Source: Nemertoderma westbladi
Lineage: Eukaryota; Animalia; Xenacoelomorpha
Direction: 5' to 3'
DNA length: 61,147 bases
NCBI GenBank assembly: GCA_032718475.1
Contig: JAUCBJ010001273.1
Span: 1 to 61,147 of the forward strand
Shown here: piece after piece, positions 36,401 to 48,400 of the stretch
Numbering within the stretch: the first letter of the stretch is position 1
How the letters are laid out: every line of letters begins with the position of its first letter
Made by a program: the position numbers and the translations under genes
Notes under the pieces: generated by a model
What the model was told of the DNA's origin: nothing
What the model saw: only the letters and a program-made list of their open reading frames with translations
Databases searched by the model: none

Positions 36401-39400
36401 CGAAAACGATAATTCTCCATGTTACTCTGTAGTGCTTAAAGGATTGCCTCACAATTATATGAGGAAGTTTCTCCCATCTGACATTGATATAAAAACTCTA
36501 ACATCTGATTTTAACTTTAAGTATGAGTACCAAAACCAACGAATGCATGAAATATCAATTGGATGGAATAATCAGATTAACTTACTTAAGATAGGCCGTT
36601 CTGGATCTGCCGTTGACATTCGTTATATTGTGGAACTTTTGACTGAAGTCAATAACCAAAAAGTGGTTTCATTTACCTCGGAATATGCTTTAGGTTATAA
36701 GGAAATAGGAAGACACATAAATATCCAACTTGAAACTGATTGGGTAGGTTTACCATGGATGACAATTTGGATAGGAAGAAATGGTGCTAAGCAAATTATG
36801 GCCACTATGAAATCTCCAAGCTACGATTTTAAGTTAACTGGTAATAACTGCAGTGGGAATAACAAAAAGTGCTATGAACTTTCTACGAACTTACAAACTC
36901 CCGATTCAGATAGTCAGTATTTGAGATTTCAATTTGAAATGGACAATGAATCTGTTTTGGTCAGTTTGAATAACCAGTTTGATACTTATGGCAAGAATTC
37001 GGTTTCAGCTGTTATTACGACTGGTGAAAAGTGTGGAAAAGATATAAAAACGTGCTATAAGGTTGATCTTGATTTATCACTTCCAGAATGGCAGCCAAAG
37101 TGGACTGCGCAAATTGGAGTGAACAAAGATGAACGAAATTTTAAAATATATTCAGATATTCAACAAATGGAATGGAACTTAAAAGCCAATGTAAACATTG
37201 AAAAGTGTAGTCAGGGATCAGTTTGTTACAAAGCCTCAGCGAAATATGGAGATATGGAAAGTAAAATTGATATTAACAATGGAAATTATGGTTATAATTT
37301 AGTTGCTGAATTTACTGATGAGCAAAATGATTTGAGTAAATTTACAACTTTCGTGTCTCATTGCCAAAACTCTGACTCGCACATTTGCTACACACTTCTT
37401 GCAAATCTCAATACACCATATACAAGAAGCGCTTTGGTAGATGGCAAATTGGAAATTTCTTCCTCACGTTTTCAACATGATTTTACACTAAAGTATGCAG
37501 ATGTTCAGAGGTCCATTAAAGCTCTAGTTGAGGTATGTCCCGCTATGGAATGCCATCAAGCTAGTTTAACAATTGTTTGTCCACAGAGAGGTGAGATTAT
37601 ATTTACCAGTGATCACAAAATATCTGACACTCAAGTTTCTGCTTCAGCTAATGCAAAATGGGGAGGCAAATCTACTGGTATTCAATGGAAAGTCATCGAT
37701 TGCAGTTCAAATTCAAAGAAATGTGTTGCAACTGACTTAATATTTACATGCCCAAAGAGCAATGGCGTATCCCTGAATTTTAAGGCCGAGTTAGAAGAAA
37801 ATAAATCACTCCTGGCTGCTGGGAATGTTGCTGTTAGCCAAGAAAAGGGTGACTTTAACTTTCAAATTACTAAATGTCAAAAGTCTAATACATGCTGGAC
37901 CACAAATTTCAAAACAACTTCATCCCTATACCACGATATAGAATTCCAAACTGAACATGAATATGATACTAAAACCATGAGTTCTCGTAACTTTATATCA
38001 ACAATGTATGGAAACAATAAACCTAGGTCTATCCAGCTCATGACGGCCGATTGTACTGAAGGTAATAAGAAATGTTTGGATGCGAAGTTATTAACGATAT
38101 ATGATGAGAAGGCATTTGATATGACAACCCATGTTGAATATGAGCCCTATAAAGTTGGAGCATTCAATATTCATGTAAAGGACAATAACAAAGAATTCGC
38201 AAATGTTGGTCTTGATCTTTTGAATTGTGGAAGCAACTCAGAATTTTGTATCTCTAGCAATATGTTTTGCAAGACACCATGGCATGAGGATTTCTCTCTA
38301 AAATCGAGACATTCTGTCAATGCTTTCCCGCATTTCAACAATGAAATAACTGTGAGTTATAACAATAAAGATAGTAACATGGAATTTGGATTGAAATCTT
38401 GCTCATCTGGAAATAAGGTCTGTTATGAAGGGATAATGTATTCCAGCTGTATTCATGAAAGCAAAGAAAGGAGCATAAAGGGCAGATTTGAAATGGAACC
38501 AAAGAAATCTGCTAGAATTGTTGTGGATGTGAATTACAAAAAATCACCTGTTCTAAACCTTTCCTACCAGCTGAATAACTGTGGAACAGAATCAAAGAAT
38601 TGCCTCAACCTAAACTTATTATCTTCCATTTCTGGATTTGAGACCTTTAAGGTTGAAATGAAAAAAGAGTTTGCAACTAAGTATACTTTCATTGTGATAA
38701 ACCTTACTTATGGAGAACGACACAAATCTTTTGAATTTGAAGCATCTGATTGTAGCTCCAAAGGAAAACTGTGTTATAACTCACATATCTATGGGAGTGG
38801 AACTCGCGAAACGAAACACTTAATTATTTTAGGCCAATTTGTGATGGAGCCAAGAAAATCTGCTGTTATTGATTTTGAAGCCAAGTATAAGAAATCAACC
38901 CTCCTTAAAGTTGATTATTCATTGACTAATTGTGCAACCGGTGTAAACAAATGTATCCAATCAAACCTTGTAATGATGACTCCAATAATTGTCGATGGTA
39001 TTTCAATGAACTTTAAACTTGAAGAGGAAAAATTGAGATTCCTAAAAGCTAATGGATTTTTGAGTGTAGGGCAAGAAAAGGGAGATTTTAAAATTGATAT
39101 AACCAAATGTCTAAAGGCTGATACATGCTGGACCACAAATTTAAAAACAGCTTCATCCCTATACCACGATATAGAATTCAAAACTGAACATGAATATGAT
39201 ACTAAAACCATGAGTTCTCGAAACTTTGTATCAACAATGTATAGAAACAATAAACCAAGGTCTATCCAGCTCATGACTGCTGATTGTACTGAAGGTAATA
39301 AGAAATGTTTGGATGCGAAGTTATCAACGATATATGATGAGAAGGCATTTGATATGACAACCCATGTTGAATATGAGCCCTATAAAGATGGAGCATTCAA

Positions 39401-42400
39401 TATCCATGTAAAGGACAATAACAAAGAATTCGCAAATGTTGGTCTTGATCTTTTGAATTGTGGAAGCAACTCAGAATTTTGTATCTCTAGTAATATGTTT
39501 TCCAAGACACCATGGCATGAGGATTTCTCTCTAAAATCGAGACATTCGGTCAATGCTTTCCCACATTTCAACAATGAAATAACTGTTAGTTATAACAATA
39601 AAGATAGTAACATGGAATTTGGATTGAAATCTTGCTTGTCTGGAAGAAAGGTCTGTTATGAAGGGATAATGTATTCCAGCTGTATTCATGAAAGCAAAGA
39701 AAAGAGCATAAAGGGCAGATTTGAAATGGAACCAAAGAAATTTGCTAAAGTTGTTGTGAATGTGAATTACAAAAAATCACCTGTTTTAAACCTTTCCTAC
39801 CAGGTTATTAATTGTGGCACCGAATCAAAGAAATGCTTCAACCTGAATTTGGTATCATCTGTTTCTGGATTCGAGACCTTTAAGGTTGAAACGAAACATG
39901 AGTTTGCAACTAAATATACTTCCAACGAGGTTAGCCTTACTTATGGAGAACGAACAGAAACTTTTGAACTAGAAGCATCTGATTGTAGCTCAGGGGGAAA
40001 GATGTGTTACAAAACCAACATGTATGCCAGTTACTTTCAAGATAGTAAAGATAAAAGAATTCAGGGCCGATTAGAGTATGAAGTATATAAATTGATCAAA
40101 CTTGATATTAATCTTCCAAGTACCATGTCAGTAAATCTCTACATTAATGATTGCGGAGAGGGGCCAGAAAAATGTGCTGTAATTAACTTTGCTACAACAT
40201 CAAATTGGTATAAACCTGTAGAAATCAAATACAGTCATGATGGTAAACTTGGAATACAAATGAAAAATCAAGTGTCATGGAAATTTAATGGAAATCAACG
40301 TTCTTATGAGTCAGAATTAAAAGCTTGTAATCCCCAGTATCAACATTTTTGTGCTGAGTTTATGTGGGTCGACAATGAGAATAATCGATTCAATGCTAAG
40401 TTAAATTACTTGCCTCAAAATAATTTCCAACTTTCAAGTGAATCAAGTTACCGGGGTGACTTTAATTGGCGTATCACTGCTGATGTTTCTCCTTGTGGAT
40501 CTGACTCATGCATTGAGGCAAATTTTGGTATAGATTCCCATCCCTATCAACCAGTGACTCCAATTCACATTACAATTCGACATAACCGAATAAACAGCAA
40601 CTATGAAACTTCATTGAAGGCGAAGGTTGCAGATCAAACTCATTCAATAATGGTTAAGGTCGATGATTGCAGCACAGCTGGGAGTAGAGCTTGCTATGAT
40701 CTAAATATTGTGTCTAATGTGTTGCAAAGAGATAACAGTCTATCACTCAAGTTTGAGTTCGAACCAAGAGCCTTGCTTCAACTGACAACTAATATTAAAT
40801 GCCAAAATAATTACATAGCATTGCAAACATACATCAAGAAATGTGTGTCAGGAGATTCATGCATGGAGGCCAAATTTAATGCCAAGTCATCTCACTGGTT
40901 CCAACCAATTGATATTACTCTTCAAAAGAAACGAATTGCAACAGGTTATGAAAATTCATTGATAGCCACTGTTTCTAACCAATTACATACAGTGTTAGTA
41001 TCAGCCAATGATTGCTCATTTGAAGGAAGGATGTGCTATGATATCAATGTTGTTTCTAATGTTTTGCAGCGGGATAACAAATTCTCCCTAAAGTTTGAAC
41101 ATGAACCAAAAGAACTGCTTCAACTGACAACTAATATTCATTGCCAAAACAATTTCGTTTCGTTACAAACATCTGTCAATAAATGCACACTAGGGGATTC
41201 GTGCAAGGAGATGAAATTTAATGCCAAGTCATCTCACTTGTTCCAACCAATTGATATTACTCTCCAGCGAAAACGAATTGCAAATGTTTATGAAATTTCA
41301 ATAAAAGCCAATATTGCTAATCAATTACATTCTGCATTAATAACAGCCATTGATTGCAGTGCTAAAGGTAGGACTTGTTATGACCTCAATATGGTCTCTA
41401 ATGTTTTGCAGAGGGATAACAAATTCTCCCTAAAGTTTGAACATGAACCAAAAGAACTGCTTCAACTGACAACTAATATTCATTGCCAAAACAATTTCGC
41501 TTCGTTACAAACATCTGTCAATAAATGCACACTGGGGGATTCGTGCAAGGAGATGAAATTTAATGCCAAGTCATCTCACTTGTTCCAACCAATTGATATT
41601 ACTCTCCAGCGAAAACGAATTGCAAATGTTTATGAAAGTTCAATAAAAGCCAATATTGCTAATCAATTACATTCTGCATTAATAACAGCCAATGATTGCA
41701 GTGCTAAAGGAAGGACTTGTTATGACCTCAATATGGTCTCTAATGTTTTGCAGAGGGATAACAAATTCTCCCTAAAGTTTGAATATGAACCAAAAGAACT
41801 GCTTCAACTGACAACTAATATTCATTGCCAAAACAATTTCGTTTCGTTACAAACATCTGTCAATAAATGCACACTGGGGGATTCGTGCAAGGAGATGAAA
41901 TTTAATGCCAAGTCATCTCACTTGTTCCAACCAATTGATATTACTCTCCAGCGTAAACGAATTGCTAAAGTTTATGAAAGTTCAATGAAAGCCAATATTG
42001 CTAATCAATTGCATTCTGTATTGGTAACAGCCAATGATTGCACAGCTGGGAGAAGAACTTGCTATGATCTCAATGTAATTTCCAATGTTTTGCAGAGGGA
42101 TAACAAATTCTCCATAATGTTTGAACATGAACCTAAAGAACTGCTTCAACTGACAACTAATATTCATTGCCAAAACAATTTCGTTTCGTTACAAACATCT
42201 GTCAATAAATGCACCACATCTCCAATCTGTATCAAGGGTTTGTTCTCAACAAAATCATCTTTCTATCAACAACAGGAAATAACAATTTCACATGAGAACT
42301 CGGAAAATTATCTTTCTACAAATGTTATAAAACTTAGTGGTACTAAAACATCTACATTTTCGATAAATTTGGAGAATTGTTCTACTGGCACTTCAATGTG

Positions 42401-45400
42401 TTACGAGGCCAAAACTGAATTTCCATATCCAGTTAACCGAGAGCAAATCAATGGAGGTCTTAAGTTCCAGTTTGATGCTGTAAAAACCCTATCCTTAGAT
42501 CTTACCCTTGGTAATAAAGCAAATGATGATATTTTTAACTTCAAATCGACATACGAAAATTGCAAACATGGTGAAAATAATTGTCACAAAGTTTCCAGCT
42601 TGATGTCATCTTACTACTCTGAATTATTTGATGTTTCTGCTGAACACACAAGTAACCCCACCATGTGCAGAAATACCATCACCATTGCAGTAAATAAATA
42701 CAAAAATTCAATTGAAACAATTTTTAAAAGTTGTGGAACTAATTGTTATGAGCATACATTCAATATTCGTGATATAAGTACAAAATCCGTTGTTGCAACT
42801 TCTAGGGTTTATTTTTCATCTGATTCCAGTAAACTTCAGTTAGAAATGAATGGACACATTACATCATTGCCAAAGCTGAGTCACAATGGACACTTCCTGC
42901 TGGAAGATTGTGCAGTTAAACAAACTACCTGCTACAAACTATCATCGGAAATCGCCTTCCCTGGACTAACTGAAAAGCGACCATATTCAATGAATGGTCG
43001 AATTTCCACTCCTACACAGAGTCTAAAACAATTTGACACCCGAGTAGAACTAGGTATGCTGGGAAAACGCGGAGTCTACTCAATAGTTTCTGCTCATTGC
43101 TCGGGAGAAATATGTTATGACATCACATTGTCGCACTCCTGTCCATGGCTAGGAACATCTTCTCTGAATTTACACCACGAATATGCAAAGCGAAACATGA
43201 AATCTGAAATTAATGTTGCGATGGAAGATAAGAAGGCTTCATTGAAATTTAGTGGAAACTATTGTGGTCCTTATTGTGGAGATGGACATTTCGTCCTTCA
43301 GAAACCCGACACCAAAATCTATGATATTACTTCAAGATGGGAACTAAAGGATGAAAGGAAATCATTTACATTGCGTTCTAACTTAGGAGCAAGCTTTCAT
43401 ACTATTTGGTCCCAATGCAAGGAATATTCCAGCCAACATTGCCGATCGCTACTCTTTGATGTAGAACTTCCTTTTATCGATCCCATTAAGTCCAAGACGA
43501 ATTTCGAGTTGTCGTCCACCAAGTTTAACATACAATCCGACTTAACCGCTTTCAAACAAAAGTTATCCATCATTTCTGATGTAGAGAAATGCGGTGGTTC
43601 AATGGACTGTTGGAAGGGAAATGTGTTTAAAGTAGAGGGATCCAAAATTCAACCCGTTGCTTTCCATATTGACATGCGAAACGTTAAGGATGTTGGTGTC
43701 CATGTCAGTGGTGGAGGACGATTCTTAAAGCTCAACATGATAATGACAACAGACAAGCATGGTAAACAAACACTGGACATCGAACTCACTCCATCCCATT
43801 ATTATAAACCACTCTACGCCATTGGTTCATTCCAGATGAAGCCAAACAGGGAGGCTTCCATGGCAATGGATATCACTTATGGAAAAGACAAGGTTAATTT
43901 AAATATAAATATTAATTAGTGAAGTACAATCAATAATATATATAATTGGAATATTTGAAGCTGTATATTTATTTAATCAAGCACTACTAAATTAATTAAT
44001 ATTACTTTGATACAAATGTCAGGATAGGTGATTTGCTAAACCCAATCTCTTCACCCCTATATTTAAAAATGCATCTTTGAATTAAATAGTTAATAAATCA
44101 AGTATTATCAATTGCTGTTCGGGGTGACTTTTGAGTCAATGTTTTGTATAAAACATTAGTAAATCAGCTTTTGTATGTTTATTTCATTTTACAGATGTTT
44201 AGTTTGACAAAAAAATTATCAACATCGCAGCAGGAAAAAGAAATTCACATTCAATTGAATCAACAATTCTTTGGACTTCATCCTAAATCTATCGAGATTT
44301 ACTCAAAATTCAGTCAAAGGTAAGTTTACTTTTACAATTTAAATTCACAATAATATTATATTAATTAGCCTTATGTAAATGAAAATATACAAAAATAATC
44401 ACAATATTTTCGTGAATTTTGTTCAATAAGGATTACCGGTATTGTATTAAATATTTCATTTCAGCGACAAGGCGATTAAAGTGACCGGATTTGTGACCAG
44501 AGACGGAAAAACTTCCTCAGTAAATGTTGATTTCCAAAACGATTCCCAAACTCCATTTGGCCGGGCCTACTCAGTTAACGTTGATTTGGAACATTACGCA
44601 TTCGTACAAGTAAGTAGCCTAATTCAAAGTTCTACAGTCCTACACCTAGATGGTGCAGGGACTACACCGCGCTACACCTAACAGAAACAGGTATAGGACT
44701 ACACCTTTCTGGTCTACCAGCAGGCCACAAATCCCGGTCCCACACATAAGGCATTATATAATCATACAGCTAATTATACATCGACATACTCGGTTCACTT
44801 ATGTAGGCCTACACTCATAGGCATACAGCTAGGCATATAGGTATAGTAGTCAGTCATACTGCTGAAATAGTTTTATTGATACAGCCAAGGAATCAAATGG
44901 CTGGGTGAAATCGTCGAGTATTATTATCGCTAAAATACGAACCGTATTTCAGTACTATTACTTATCAATCTACTTCTTGTGAGTTTTATACTGCTGCCTA
45001 AATTATTCTATATCAATATAAAATCGATTATATTAAATTGGAAGAAATACAACTGTCTTCCGTGGAACCACGACTGGTAACACCTACTGCCATATTTTTC
45101 ATTAGCAGTATAATATCAGCCACTATCGGTATTAAATACATAACGTTTGGAGGAACAAAATAGTCTGATAGTAGGTCTAAAGCCGAAATTGGAACAAGTT
45201 AAATTCAAATTTCCCGCCGGAGCCATTCAGCAATGAATTCTGTAGGCCTACTTCATGAACCCTCTTGTATAATATTCTTCCCAACATCCCAAGAAAAGAA
45301 TAATAGTACAGTAGGTCTACCTTAAATTTTCCATTTTGTTTCGACGTGAGTGTAATAGGTACTGTAAGTACATACGTTTACGTTTTTATGACAAACACGG

Positions 45401-48400
45401 AAACACGTCTACGCACATCTCAAATATTATCCATTACTATTTATTACATATATTCTTATTTTTTAAACTCGCTACCATTTTATATAATAGTGTTAATACA
45501 TTTTTTCCGGCTATATTTAGTAACTTGCTACCAATAGGCTCCCTAAGTTAAAGCAGTTATGAGTTTATAATTATATTTTTTTACGCAGCCTATAAAATTG
45601 TCGGCAACATTCGGTTTAAACAACGGCGACCATTTGCTAAGTTGGAAATTATTAGCTGATTGCACAAAAGTCACCGGTAACGATTTTGAAATGGATTTCC
45701 AGATTTACAACAGGAAAAACTCAGTGAAAGGCCAATTACAGCGAGAAATAGACACAAAATTCAGTTATCTGTAAGTTTATTTGTTTGATTATATTTAAAT
45801 TATTTTATTGCATAAATATTTTACAGACGAAATTTTCAGGCATAAAGATAGAAAATATATTTAAAACTGTCACTTAAAAAATATAAATAAAATTCTGCAC
45901 TGATTACAAAAAGAAAGAATTTGATCAAAGATTCAAAGGATTGGATTCAAAGAGTTTGATGTTCAGTGTTGGTTTGCCCTACTTGTCTGTAGTCATTATC
46001 ATGTTGAGCTTTAAGAAGCGTCCTCCACCACTGACATGGACACCAACACCCTTAACGTTTCGCATGTCAATATGGAAAGCAACGGGTTGAATTTTGGATC
46101 CCTCTACTTTAAATACATTTCCGTTCCAACAGTCCATTGAACCACCGCACTTCTCTACATCAGAGATAATGGATAACTTTTGATAAATTCTGATCAAATT
46201 CTAGTTTAGGGCAGAACATAATGAGCTATTTATATAGAACGTAGGAATTGGGATGGAAGGAAGTGGGTTTGTTTGGAAGTTTTAAGCTGAACTGCAGTTG
46301 CTATCCATCTCGGTGTCATTGTTAACTTGTGTGGTAATCGAGTGAGACCTCCTAGGGTCTGTTTGTGTCTAAAATATATGGGTGAGTACAAAACAAAGAC
46401 CCAATTATAAAGACCTGCATAATCTTATAACATGTGTTAACTTTTGTTTATTGTTTTGGTTCCCCCAACACGCCTCTGTAACCTGCTCCTTTACTAACCT
46501 TCTCCTTTAAATGGTAATGGGACTTAACGCTCTTTTGGGAGCTAACGCGCTTTGGGAACTAATGCGACTTTACCTCTGTGTTTCGTACAGAACGGGCAGT
46601 AAAGTCTTGTGTCTTTGATCTTCGTTTTGTATTCACCCATAAAATATAGATATCAAGGAATATAAGTTCATTGACGGTTTGGTCTTTAAAGTTAAAGTTT
46701 AATAATTTAACTTTTCGTTTGTATTTACTAATTAATTTGTATAATTTTACAGGTTACCAAGACGTGACATTAACGTAGAGGTTGTTGCTAAAACGCTGAT
46801 CCAATCCTATATGTCGCCAACCCAATCCATTATAGCCAACCTGGAAATTAAGTGCAAAAAATCCCAAGGCACTAAACGACGATTTTACCGAGTGGAAATT
46901 CTTCCTCATTTGTCAAAAATAGCATTAAAGGTAATAATATTTATAGGCAAAAAACGTTTGTAAATTTTAGACTGACTACCTAAAAGTGTCATTCACTAAA
47001 AACCGAAATAATATTTGGATTTTTCCTATTTTTCTATTAGTTTTCTAGAATTATTCGTTTACTAGGATTTCATTCCTAAATCTACTATATTTTATATGTC
47101 TATTATTTCTAGATGGAAACTCCTGAACGCGATGCCGATGTGAGGTTGAAGGCTACCGACATGGTTTCTCGTCAACAGAAATCCTACCAACTTCTAATTG
47201 AGGGTCGAGTTGATGGACAGCCGCACCGTTGTCTATTCAATGTGTCTCTACGAACCAATGAAAGCCCAGTAAATCCTATTGGTCAACTCAGTATCGACGC
47301 TGAGTACAAGTGAGTAGCTATAGAACTCAATAAGAATTAAACAATAAGAATATTCGACATGCAGAGAGGATTTCTTTATGAAATTGCGTTATTCTCTGAG
47401 AGTTCGTTTAAATTGAAAACAAAGTCGCTTATGATTGACTTCGAATATTTTAACATGTTGTCGGGAAGAAGCATAAAAATATTTTAACACTTAATCTTTT
47501 TAGCGACGATGTTTCATTCCATCTTCGAGGTCAAAGGTCACCACGTCAAGCTGAGATTGAAATATATCATCTGGATCTTACCGGCAAAGTAACTGACGTT
47601 GTAGTTAGCACAGTGGTTGAGACCAATCCGATGTTTACTATCACTAACAGGATGTTTATTCGGCCCACGTTGGGAAAACAGGTGAAAGACAAGGTGGGTA
47701 AATAAGTATTGAGTAAATTTATGGTTTGAATAATGGAATGCAATGATGGGATGAGTGTATTTGAGTATTATATTTGTAATATTGAGCGGAGTTGATAGCA
47801 TCGTTTCGCTATGATTTCCATAAACTTAACTGCTACGGACAAAATGTTAAACCCAGCATCACAATGCCCTTTCATTGATATAGCAATCGCAGATTCAATA
47901 AATTTGAAAGAAACCTAACTGTATCTGCCACCCATAAAAGTGACGGCAAGTAAATGTTAGACCTTAATAATGCTTCGGCCTAAATTGCTTTTCGCTATGT
48001 ATAGATAATGATGCTGTGTCAATGTTATATGATAATTTTAAACTTTTGTCATTAAATAAATATATGTGTATCCTTGATAATCATTTTATTCAATTATATT
48101 ATCTATTTTATTTTATTTCCAGTTCTTTGGTTTTATAAATAAATATCCCCTATTAATGGACTCCTGGAACCTGATGGTGGCAATAGAAAGGATAGGAGAG
48201 AATGTTGTATCCGAAATGTTCATGTGGAAAGATGTCGTCGCCTCTCGAATTTCTCGTAAGCGTCATTCTAATAATTGTTATGCAGATTTCCATATTACTT
48301 CCTTATATTGTTAATAAGTAATCAGCGGAAAATAGAATGACATGGCTAATTTGGGAATAGTGTTTTAAATTTTGTTGCCACATATAAATATTGAATAATA

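Noticed and set aside
34010-43645. Antisense ORFs within the giant exon
   Set aside because: Expected shadows of a long coding sequence.
33708-43919. 3,403-aa ORF as a stand-alone gene or viral polyprotein
   Set aside because: It has a non-ATG start and is bounded by good splice sites in phase with LLTP exons on both sides. No viral motifs are present.
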